A stretch of DNA of 64,000 nt, taken from Perna viridis. Lineage: Eukaryota. The stretch spans positions 30,014,862 through 30,078,861 of the forward strand of contig CM074511.1 in NCBI GenBank assembly GCA_037379345.1. The letters run 5' to 3'. The notes beneath the pieces were generated by a model. The model was given only the letters and a program-made list of their open reading frames with translations, was not told the origin of the DNA and ran no database searches. The position numbers and the translations under genes were made by a program. This document shows, one piece after another, positions 1-12,500 of the stretch. Every line of letters starts with the position of its first letter. The stretch's first letter is position 1.

Positions 1-1405
1 TCGGGCCGAATGACAAGGACATCTATACATTTTTTTAGGTTCTTGAAAATTCGTTTTTAATGAAAATCAATTCCTTTTTTGAAGTTTTCTGAAAACTTTA
101 ATTTTATTTCAGGAATAAAGTTTACAAGGAAGCATTAGACATGAAGAGAAATGTTGCCAAAGAGGTGCAAGAAGTATTTGACGGTAAGGAATTTAATTTC
201 AGAAGTTACACAAGTTATATATTACAAACAACGATGATGTTTCAACTTAAGATTTTGGAATAGTGTTTGAAAGACACTTCACAAATGAACTCTTAATAAA
301 ACTTATTGTAAAGAGTTTTGTGCAACCGAATTATTAAGCTTTTTTTAAATTTGACTTTATCACTGTTATTCTAGGTAGTATAGATATGGTAAATTATGAT
401 ATATTGATTAAGTAGAAAAAACAGTCTATATTCATTAATAGAATACATGTATTCACTTTTATTTTATATATTTTATCATTGTAAGCAACATGGGATTCCA
501 TAGAATTAGACCAGATCTACAATGTGATGATAAGAGAATCTAAAGGTATTCGATGCTTAAAAATGTTACATCACTGTACAGTTAATTTGAATTAACATTC
601 ACAAGTATTTATAACAATGAAAGCACATTTTGATATTTATACAATCGTAATATGTTCATAGTAAGTATGAATTAAATTTCTAGTATTTTTCTATACTATT
701 GACCAAATCAGTTTTATTTGCCCTATTGAAGAAGTATGCTAGGTCCATGACTGTAGTGAAGTACAACCAAGGAGTACGGGTCCACATAAAATACGTGCAA
801 AAGGACCAACATCCTTTCTAGTCAAGTGTAATATGGATGTAGACGGTGGACGGTATGATTCATTTTTTAGAATAAAAAAAGTATTTCAAAACTATTTTTA
901 TAAACATATTAATATTTATTGTATTTGATTGGAAATAAAAATTTTATATCCCGTATGTTATTGAATGGAGATATACAATTTCAAACTTGAAATACCTTTC
1001 CTTGAGGTATGTTTATTTTAGAGAAAAAGATAAAATATTTATGAATCATTTTTAGACGAAAAGTTTTATGCACCACAAATGATTCAATTTATCATACTAG
1101 AAATATGCAGTTAAAACATATTTTACACTTGTTAATATGATCATTTAAAAATATTTGTGTTCCAGAAGTTATAAAATTCACTTAGAAATATCACTTTTCT
1201 AAGCACATTGACCACAAGAAGGTTGAAAGTTAGGCAATATGAAAGGTAACGTTAATTTTGTTGAATAGGGAGACGGCAAAGATGGTGTTTATGTGTATTT
1301 CTTATTTTTTTCCATCTTCATGCACCTTGATATTATTTTAACACTCTTCATGGCACACAATCATTTTTTTATTCCAATATATATCTTTACTTCGTCAAGA
1401 ATTAG

Positions 1406-1519
<114 letters not shown>

Positions 1520-1907
1520 TAAAAGAATCGTAGTTTACCTTTACAAAATCAATTAAGTACTCGTTCTCCTATTAGAATTATAAATATTCGTTTTATTTGA
1601 AATGTCCTTGGGGTGAGGTTTTATCTGAAGATAAATAAAACGTCGAATGGTCATAGTGTTTTCTTAGATTTTTTTTGTGATGGTTTTAACAACATAATGC
1701 AGACCCAAAGGTATACAAGAAGACTGGGTGTAAGTTAATATAAAAGGAATAAAGATATCAAAAACAATTTTAGGGCCTAAAATATGCTAACTTAATACCT
1801 TATAATTACTTATACCCAACTTTTTGCTTTTCATTTTTACAATTTTATTTTACTTCTTACAATTATCAATATCACTGACATGTTCAGTTTATTTATATTA
1901 TTCAATT

Positions 1908-2040
1908 GAGAACAAATTGTGCACCTCTACTTGCTGATCTATTTCTTTTCTCTTAGGAGTTTAGTGCTGATCGGATCCAAAAGAAGAAACATCGTTTATC
2001 TAAATCCCTTAATCACAGTTTCAACTATATAGGTGACGTC
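1908..2040 (+). mobile_element. Degenerate Penelope-like RT core fragment
   Basis: Translates as TNCAPLLADLFLFS*E...KKKHRLSKSLNHSFNYIGDV, matching PMGTNCAPLLADLFL and FRYVDDV of the copy at 2441-3515. Confidence 0.8.
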
Positions 2041-2440
2041 GGTATGCAGTATATAAATTATTTGACATTGGAGATGAAGATTCGCAGTATCAGTTAACAC
2101 TAGGACAATATTGTGGAACTGCAGGTATAGGCTTAAGAGGGTTACCTTACAAAAACCAGGCAGTGTGTGACACATGACACATTATGTTTTTTAAATTGTT
2201 TTTATCTATTTCATATCACTAATGCATCCTTACTAAAAGTTGAATGTTAGATTTTGAATAACTGCAATGATGCAATAATTAAAGAAAAATAAATTACATA
2301 TAAAGCATTTAGATTCATTAAAAGGGAATATTATAACTCTTTGAAAGGGAACTTTTAAATTATTTGTCTGAGACATCAATTGTCGATTATTAAAATCTTT
2401 TACATTTTTTGACATACATATGGCATACACATTACAGTGG

Positions 2441-3515
2441 AAGAGTAATCAAGGGAACCAAGGTTATAGCGGTAATCAAAAGAATGTAATCCAGGTACAA
2501 AGACCCGACATGGAAAACAGACACACACTACAAAGAATATAAAGTAACTCAAATCATACATACAAAGTAACAAAAGTAAATGAGCAATTCGGACTCCATT
2601 AAAAACTGGGAGCATCGACCAGGTGCACCGGTAGGGTAAGCGTCCTCTGCTTTTCTAGAAATACCCGCCGAGTTCCTCATAAAAAGTCAAGTCCGGGGTA
2701 GACAAACGAGGAAAGGTAAACTATGACCCGTTGAATAAATCAGTTTTCATGGTGCTGATGGATACATCATAACGGTCCACGAGTTCATGATGACGACCAT
2801 AAAACTTCTGTAGTGATGACTTCAATCTTGTAACAACATAACCCTGTTCCAGAAGCCTATTTGTTAGACTTCTAGCGCGATACAAAAAGTCTGCGTAGTT
2901 TCGGCAAGCTCTGGCATAACGTATGAGTTGTGATATGAACACTCCATACGCAGGAACCGAAGGAATGTTGCCACAGACGAAAGGAAAGTTGACAATTCTA
3001 AATGAAAAGTCATCACGTTTGTCGTAAAGTTTCGTCAATAGTTTTCCTTTACCATCGATTTCTAAGTGTAGGTCAAGATATGAGGCTGACTTCACAGTGT
3101 CTGTAGTATCCTTTATCTCAAGTTCTTTTGGGTAGATGCGATGTATCAAATCCCCGAAATTAGGATTGTTTAATACGTCATCTACATATCGGAAACTGAG
3201 ATTGAAGGATCTAGCCAAACGATATTCTTTTTTTTCTGATCAAATCAGCTATAAAGTCAGCCTCATAAGAGTGAAGGAATAGGTCAGCAAGTAAAGGAGC
3301 ACAATTTGTTCCCATTGGAAAGCCGACGGTTTGTTGAAAAACACGTCCACCACACTGGACAAATGTGTTGTCGATTAAAAATTCCAGCATTTTGTAAACA
3401 TCTTCCTCTGTATATTTGGAAGATGATTTGGAATTATTTCTTACAAAGTATGAGGAATGTCTACCAAGAACTATATATTTGTATCTAGGTGTACCATCTT
3501 TTTTGAAAAAAAAAA
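2441..3515 (-). mobile_element. Penelope-like retroelement (Naiad-like), 5'-truncated, longest copy; RT C-terminal half plus 3' UTR
   Basis: Two frameshifted ORFs (3211-3603, 2721-3218) give [77 protein letters not shown]. The ORF stops at DLFNGS* with no downstream endonuclease, followed by a 280-nt tail ending ...CCCTTGATTACTCTT. Confidence 0.88.
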
Positions 3516-4052
3516 CAACGATGTATAATGTTTTTAAGTCGGGATTATGGAACAAATCATTACGTGGGGGAAAATATACTTCACTTAGAATGTTGAGGGA
3601 CACTTTGTTTTTTCCCTAATATTCAAAATTTGGATTTCCACCATTACGACAGTAATTTTAAACCTTATTCGTTTTAAGAAAATTGTTTTTATTGGTATAG
3701 TGATTAATTTCAGGGTTTTTTATATATATATATGCCTATAATAATAAAATTAAATTTATTGAATTTTCTATAGTGGCCCTTAACATTTTTGTGGCGTATA
3801 TGCTATGCCATCCTCATTATAAGAATTATCTGATTTTCTCCAGGACAGCTTCTTCTGTAAGTAAGAATAAAGGATTTAAGCGTGTGATTGAATGAAATGG
3901 CAAGAATTTTCAAAATAGCAACGCATATTTTCAGTTTACACAATGAACAAAAAAACCGGCCTCAATAAGAGGCTTCAGGCTTGTCCCAAAAATATTGATT
4001 AATCTCTTTTGTTTAAAGAAAATTTTAGGAAAATACTAAAAATTCATCTATC

Positions 4053-4205
4053 GTTTTTTTCTTTTTCTTTTTGTTTTCTTTTTATTTTTTTTTGTTTTGT
4101 TTAATTTTTGTGCTTTTATGTTTTTTGTTTTATTTTGTTTTATTTTGTTTTGTTTTGTTTTTTGCTTTTTTTGTTTTTGTTTTTGTTTTTGTTTGTTTGC
4201 TTTTG
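4053..4205. repeat. T-rich (TTTTG)n low-complexity tract
   Basis: Direct inspection. Confidence 0.9.
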
Positions 4206-4510
4206 ATAAGTTGTAAATAAAAGATTCGGGGAAACCAACTTTTATCTTTTATCGTTTCAATAGTAACTTTGCCATTTTTTTTCGAATCGTGTGATTCAGA
4301 TATAAGTGTATTTCTGATTGAAAAAAGTTTACCTTGTTCAATCATGTTTATTTAGACTGTTGATAACAATAAACTGAAATAGTTAGAACAACAATGTGAA
4401 ATTTAAGTGTTTTAAAAGCAACATAAGTTTACCAATAAAGGACCATTATTTGTTTAAGTTTTGTTGTGGAAATTTTATGATAAAGATCTTATTCTTATGC
4501 AGAGTAGAAA

Positions 4511-4892
4511 TTAAGCACCAGTCATTGTAAGAATGCAAATTCTGTAATCTGTATACAATCCACAAAGGCTTCACATGTTTCGTTTTTGTTCATTATTTGC
4601 TCTATAGGTTTATATGATGAAATGTATAATTGTTCATTTTTAGGAGTTAATCCACTTTGAAAATCCACCAATATTGTATTTTAGTATAATTTACATTTCC
4701 CAGTTTTTTTCCCTTAATTATAAATTCTACGGTTAATTCTATATTTTTATCTCCTTAGAAAAAGGTTATATGAAAAGGCATATGTTAATTTATGTTTACT
4801 ATAATACTTAAAACAAAATATCAAAAATAAAGATATGTAGACTTCCCAACCATTTTACCATTTTGCATGATTTTATCTAGAGTGCTGCTTAA
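4511..4892. mobile_element. TTAA-flanked MITE family 2; second copy at about 56450-56834
   Basis: ttaagcaccagtcattgtaagaatgcaaa ... tttgcatgattttatctagagtgctgcttaa; interior aligns with 56450-56834 (aaacaaaatatcaaaaataaa.atatgtag, gttatatgaaaag). Confidence 0.65.
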
Positions 4893-7230
4893 ATAAATAA
4901 ATAAATATTATAGTTGTTCAGTGTAAAACAGTCAGCCTATGATTGTGGCAAAAAATACAAAGACCGTCTCTGAATTGCCTTTCGTTGATTTCCGCTGTAA
5001 ATTCGAAGTATTGTTTCATTTTCACTTCAGTTTACTTTTATATTTCTGGAGTATTTAGGGACAAATATTTCACTGTATCTGTGTATAGTGTCGTTTTGGG
5101 GCCAGCAGCAGCATGCCTTGTGTTGTGAGGGTTTCTGCATTATTCATTAAAGAGCCATGGATAGACTTGAGATGACTTTATTTATTTCGGTGCGGTTGTT
5201 GTCTCTTTGACATATTCACCGTTTCCATTCTCATTATATAATAATTAGACTTACATTTGCAATGTTTAAATAGATCTTTTTTTTTTTTTGTTTTTCTTTT
5301 GTTTCAAAGCTTTAAAAATTCGAATCTTGTAAATATATCTGCAGCATGTTGGTTTTGGTCAAATTGCAATTGTGTTTAAATATATTTTAGGGGATTCTTT
5401 TGATTATCACAATGGAATGAAGTATACTACAAAGGACAGGGACAATGATCGTTACCATATAAATTGCTCAAAACATACAGGTGGAGAAGGAGGTTGGTGG
5501 TTCAGGGACTGTGACATGGCAAATTTGAACAGCCTACACACAAAAGGAAGTGGTGAGAAAGGAATAGAGTGACAAAAGGCAAAGAAAGACCACTCGATGC
5601 AGTTTTCAAGAATGATGATTCGGCGGTATTGATGTTTGTCAGAGTGTTGAAGTTCGTCGAAAATTTGATATCTAACCGTGTTTTATTGCATTGTTTTGAA
5701 ATGAATTGATTTGATTTTATATGTATTTTGAATTTCGATAAAATTACAACAAACTAGAGATTTTAATTTTAGTTGAATAGTATGTAGTTAAACATATGTT
5801 GGGGTTAGATTTTAATTCTCTGAAAGCTGTCACTGAGCAAGAACTCAACAACGAACTAGCATAGAATATGTAATTTGATACACCTTTGAGTACAATACGG
5901 TAACTACTCTAAAAGAACCAAAAATACAACAATCCAGCGATAACGACCAGAAAAAAACACATGCAACAAAACAGATGAAATAACCATAATAACACGCACA
6001 AATTATCGAATCAGCAACCCTGACTTATCCCTTGATTTTCTGGAAGCACCTCCGAGATGCTTATAAATTATTAGGTCAAAGTTAAAACTAACCAGAAAAA
6101 AACTATGACAAGATATGACAGTTATAAAGTACTGCTGAATTGTAAAAAGTCTAGTACCAAAACGTTTGAATGCTAAAATCGAGTTCAGCCACTCAGCTTA
6201 ACATGCAAGGCAGAAATTGTAAAGAAATGATGTACATTTATCTTTACAGACATTAGAGGTAAACATCCCCCTCTCGTTTTATTGTTATGATAAGAATATT
6301 GCACGTATTCCGAAATCAAATGGGCAGGCTCATCTCGAAAAGGGCAAAATAGAAGAATGAAATTAGAATTTCCGATTTTTTTCAAAGTAACGTTATAATA
6401 CTGAATGATGTTCGATATTAAACATTTCTTTGATAGACAGCCCTGAACAAGACAAAAATAAATAACTGTGGAAGTACAAGTGTTGAGTGATCATATCGCT
6501 TTAGATTTTGTCGCTATGAGCAATAAAAAAGGTAAGATAATACAAACGTCTGTTTACAATAGAGATATTTTTGACAGAAAAAAAAAAATTCTATTTATAT
6601 TTTACTTTCTTCAACTAAATTCAACAAGAATTGTACAAAACAACTCAGGAATAAACTAGCTTAACATAATTTATTATGTACAAATGCTATGATGCTGTCA
6701 ATTAAAAGGAGTATAAAATACAATACTATATTTCTGTCAATACTGACATAATATATTTAATGCACCGTTTCTATGCCTGTTCCAAGTCGGGACTATTGCG
6801 ATGGTGTCCTATATTTCCGGTTTTTAACCTGATATTGACATTTGTTATGCGGACATTTCTTTCAATTGTTCCCTTAGACTATTGCCCAGATTTTTTTCAG
6901 TTCAGTAATTTTGTTTATGCCCTTAATTCAAAGAAATTATCAATTGGGTGGTTGCATAAATAGCCAATGCATTTATTAATTTGAAATTTAAACATAAACA
7001 AAACAAGTAAAGAATTAAAAATGCAAACCTTTGTTTAAGAAGTTAAAAGACAAACATTATGTAAAAAAACTGAAAAGTTATATTGAAAATGTGTAAAAAC
7101 AGCAAATAATAACACAAACGAAACAGATACATTATACATCATGTAATAAATCAAATCATTGATAGTTAGGCTATATATTTATTTGAACATTTCTTTTGTC
7201 AGTAAGCAGCTGTAAATAAAAGAGTTTAAA

Positions 7231-7712
7231 AGCGTAATCAAGGGAACCAAGGTTATAGCAGTAATCAAAAAAATGTAATCCAGGGACCAAGACCAGACAT
7301 GGAAAACAGACATACACAACAAAGAACATAAAGTAACTGAAATGATACATACAAAGTAACAAAAGCAAATGAGCAACTCGGACTCCACCAAAAACTGGGA
7401 GCATGGACCAGGTGCACCGGTAGGGTAAGCGTCCTCTGCTTTTCTAGAAACACCCGCCGAGTTGCTCATGTAAGTCAAGTCGGGGTATACAACGGAAAAC
7501 TATGACCCATTGAATAAATCAACGGATAAGTTGAGATATGAACACTCCGTACGCAGGTGCCGAAGGGATATTGCCACAGATGAAAGGAAAGTTGACAATT
7601 CTGAATGAAAAGTCATCACGTTTGTCGTAAAGTTTGTTAAATAGATTTCCTTTACCATCGATTTCTACGTGTATGTCAAGATATGAGGCTGACTTCACAG
7701 TGTCTGTAGTAT
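7231..7712 (-). mobile_element. Same Penelope-like family, truncated copy with internal deletion
   Basis: TTDTVKSASYLD...[10 protein letters not shown] joined directly to DLFNGS*; 3' tail near-identical to 2441-2720. Confidence 0.9.
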
Positions 7713-9505
7713 ACTTTAAAAACACATTTTTGTAGAAAGGTTGCAAATTTGTATTACTGTTTAATCGAAAAATTGTCTCCACCTACAAATACACATATCT
7801 ACAATTTAATTTCGTATCTTTGATATGAAAGACAACCTAATCAATAAAATTATGACCGTTTCCAGTTGAGATGACTAAGAAAGACTAGTTAATGTGCGTT
7901 CGGTTTAATTTGGAATGAGTATAACGTCTATTAAACATGTGTATGTTTAGATTCTTGCTCGCTCTGAAACTGTTATTTAGACTCTTTGTTACTGTCATTA
8001 CGTAGGTGAGAAAAGCCGAAGTAACTTGTTTACGGCACGGCAAAAATGTATTCCCACAATTGTTATAGAACCGAAATAATTTAAAATATAACTCGCATTT
8101 AAAATTCAGCTGCTTTTGGGATGTAAATAACAACTTGACAGATTGAAGTGTAAATTGGCTTGAGTGTTTGAGAGGATATCCTGCACAAAATTTGCGTTTA
8201 GATTTTTGATTCGTTAAAAACATGTCCGCAATGTTTACTTATTGAGCATGTAACTAAATCCGCTTATTGAAGGGAATATTTCAAAAACTATGAGGGTTAA
8301 AAAAAATTAGATGACCTTCCTTCTTCTGCTTGAGGAGATTTACGTGAAAATGTAAGTAAACCAAGTGGTCGATTCCAGCTCCCTTGAGCCTTAAGTTTGA
8401 TTTCACTGAGTTTTAAATGTATCTTCTGTACATTCATTTTTTGATATCGTTTTATTTTCTATTTTGTTATAAGGATGATGAAGAGAAAGTTATTCTAGAA
8501 ATGCGTTTAAAGCATTATGAAATGTGCATTATTGTATTAGATATGTATTCTTGTACTGAAAAAGAAATCAGAATGCTTTAATTTGACCCCTTCCTATCCA
8601 TACCCCAAAAACAACAAAAACAAAACTAAAACAAAAAACATTCGACAAAAGTAAATACGCTCTATCGTCTATGACATTCTTAGTTCCGCAAAGATTAAGT
8701 GAGTTTTTTCCTAAAGGGGGGGGGGGGGGGCGATGAGAGCAGATCTACACTAAGCTTCGGTATTTAACATGAACTTCTTTCATATACTAGTAACTAAACC
8801 AGTGGAACAAAATGAACCATCCCTAAATTATTTAAAAACAATACCGAAACACTACCTTAGTGTCGGATCAAACAAACAATACTGATGCGTGGATAATTGG
8901 TGTCAGTTTTAATAAAAAGATTTTCAAGCCATAAGTTAGTCCAATTGGCGTTTACGCGTTTGACCCTTGTTCAATATAAAACTCGACTAAGAAACCTCGA
9001 AAACATTCGCTTGAATGTTATGGATATCTTGGGTAAATCAATATGACCTCATGATGTATGTTGGATTTATGCATCTTATAACAAAAAATGCATCTACCAT
9101 ATATATTGTCAATTTATATGAAAAACTATGAAACACTAATAGAGACATGCAGAGGAAGGTTTTCAGCGCACACAATAATATATTTTCTTAATATTTTCTA
9201 TCAGGGCTCCGTATAAAAAAACACATTTTAACAATAACTTTCTACATTTTAGTAGAATATGTCTTTGATTATAAAATCATTTTTTATTATCAAAAGCAAA
9301 ACACTTTACGTATTGAAGCAAACACTTAAAGCAAAAACAAAGGGATAAAATAAGTGTATCCTGAGCTACATTCTTTAAAATATGTCACTAACCGCAACTA
9401 CGTTTTGAAAATATACATCTCCCAACCATCACTGTCACATAAAGAGAGGGCAATTAAAGTTGTGTTTGTAAAGCAGGCAACAAAAATCTATTGTTACAAA
9501 AACAA

Positions 9506-12500
9506 ATGTTCTGCTCATTTTCAGCTGTTCTGACAGTCACTGTGTACATGTTTGTAAATGCACGATCGGATGACAAACACGTCAATGGCAACTTTATGCA
9601 AGGAAATGACGCTTTTCTTCCTTTAAGGAAAACAAGATTTTCTTATTTGTAAAAATAGAGTTATGATACATTCAACCAAATAAAACAAAATTGAAACCTG
9701 TGATATCAATTCAATATCTGATTAGGTTCTTTCGTATTAATTTTAAGTAATGATATACATTACCAAAATTTCATGTCAATTCATTTCTCTGGATTCGAGG
9801 GCAACGCAAGATAAAAAAAGTTCTATGTTAGTGACATAAAATAATGCTGAATGTGATATACAAAATATGAATATCTAGTTTGTATACTTTTTCATGGCAT
9901 ATCAGTAATGAATTATAACATTCTGTTGGTTTGACGATGATCAGCTGATGTTTAGAAATCAAAAATATTAAATGTTACAGGTCCGATTATCTGGTATTTA
10001 CAGTCAATACCAAAATTCAGACCGCTACGTATTGGTGAGTAATTCCCATTGTGAAGTTTGACATATTAATGTATGGTTCTTCAACGAAATAAACAGGAAA
10101 GCAAATGATAGAAAGGGCTATATTATAAAATATGAAATATGGACTTCTGTTGGATTGCGTTATGCACCAGAAAAATGGTATTTCGCCTTGCTAACGGCTT
10201 TATTTTGTGAATATGATTCGTGATATACATTTTCTGGTTTTTGAGATAAATTGAGTTGAGACCCATGTTAATAATGCTTAATTCCAACATCTTAATTAAA
10301 AACATCTTTTTTTATTTGTTCTATAATTATTATGAAAAGATATCTATTTTCGTTGTTCTAACTTGCTTACACTACATTTATATCTCCTCGTAATGTCGTC
10401 GGGCAAACAGTCTTCAGATAATCACTTATGCATACATTTAATTGGTAACTAGGTATAAAATCCATAAAGATTGAAATTCCTCCTCGCTTTAAACAAATGT
10501 AATGTGTGTTTAGGTTGATGACCACATTTATGATGATCACATCAACACACTGTTTTGTTTGTCTGAAACCAACCATGTTTTCTTGTTTAAAAGCAGAAAT
10601 TGCAGTACATCCGATCTTATAACAGGTTTACACTAAATTCAAATATTTTGTTTGCGTCACAACCTTAAGTTATCAATAAAATATCTACAATTCTTTATAA
10701 TTTATTTTTAAAACGCCTAATTCAAATCAAAACTAAAAAACGGGGATTTTATTTTAGCGATAAAATAGTCAAATCAAATCAAATCACCGAAATTCAATTT
10801 TAGGTAAAAACATCTTTTCCTTCGGACATCATACCGATCGCTTATAAAGTATCACAAGCTAAACAGTGTAATGAATTTGACAAATTTGCACCTGTCAAGA
10901 TGGTATGACTTTGCCGAAACAATGACAGAATGAGAGTAATACTTAGTTATTTGTTAGCATTTAAAAAAAAGGACAAAAATGTTGATGCTTTAGTCATCTC
11001 AATAAGAGTAAAAATAGATATTACAATACCAGAGCAGCTGGTACCGCAATGGTCCTGACTTGTTACAGCATACTTGATACTCAATTCATAAAAGCATAAC
11101 GAATGACAAGCAAGACAACACTTATTCGAGAATATAATAGTTGTCAAACTTGATGTTGAAATCAATAGGAGAGTAAATTGGTAGTATAGTAGTTATCCTT
11201 CAAAGATTATTTAAGTTAAGTCAGTTATTTAGTAATGCTGAAGTTAAGTCACAAATATGTAAATGATTATTGTTTTCCAACGAAACACCAGATGACTACA
11301 AGTTCATTGTAAAGTTTTCTGTGATTTGAAACTGACAGCATCATTAATAGCGATTTCTGTTTTGTTATGTCTGAGTTGCATCATGTGAACAGTTAAAAAA
11401 AAGTTATTATGACATCTAATATTATGAGGTAAGCGTTACATTCTATAGGAGCTTTAAGTCAATTTTTATATTATTTCATTCGGTATCTTAACCAAAATCA
11501 TATACAAACCAAACCCGCCAGATAGTCTTACGGTATTGGGCTTGATTTGAATGCTGGAGTGGCGTGTTGGTTACTTCTCTTGTCTACCCCAGACGTGACA
11601 TTTTATGAGCTCACTGTACCGGTCGACCTGGTCAATAATCCTCGTGGCGAAAAAACAATTGTGAATAATAAAAAAAGTCTAATAAAATCAACGAAATTCA
11701 AGTTTAGATATTTTTTTTTATTTGTTCAACAAAACGCGGAGTCATGATAGCTCATTTACTTTTATTTCTATGTTGCGTGCTATTTTGGTAATTCATAGTT
11801 TCTTTTGTGTCTTTATTTTCTCTATCCGGTCTTTGTCATTGGAGTGCATTTTCTTATTACCGCTGAATTTGTGGCCTTTTTAATTACTTTTGGCCATATT
11901 TTATTTTTTGAATCTCTTACTTTAAGACCCCAAGACATGTATAGGGTTATCTTAAGGGGAGTTATATACTTCCCTTCAGTACGATAACCATTGATATAAT
12001 AAAAACATCATTCAACAAACATATCTTAAACAGTTTAGACTCGTTCAGAGAGAAAAAAAAACCTATAAAATAAATTACATTGTGCAGTATTGTTCTATTG
12101 TCTTGTTGATCGAAGTATTAAAACAGATATATTTTAAAATCAGACAGATTATAAATAGTTAAACTCAAGCCAAAAAGTTCTGAGTTAATTTTACTCAAGA
12201 GCAAAACATTGGGAAAGAATATCACGATTTCATTTATATAGTATGTTTTTTCCCAATAAATAGGTAATGTGATAAATATTTTTCAGAACAGAACAGTTGG
12301 TGAATTGATGAATAGACTTGACGGTATGAAGCTACATAAGAATGTTTCCGCATAGCGGATAATTTATGCGAGGTTCAAATTATCGTTTTATTCGCCATGA
12401 TCAATAAATCGCAAAAAGAAAAGCTTGTCGATGTATCACATTTATCTCTTTTAGGCCGTATCTATGCGCGCATAGAAAAGAGACTGTGAAAATAAAATTT

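Noticed and set aside
5570-5572. In-frame TGA as possible selenocysteine or readthrough
   Set aside because: It aligns with Trp rather than Cys, and the same gene has frameshifts, a TAG and a half-deleted exon.
9981-10034. AG/GT-bounded 54-nt segment in B1 intron 1
   Set aside because: No counterpart recognisable in the intact paralogs; cannot be supported as an exon.
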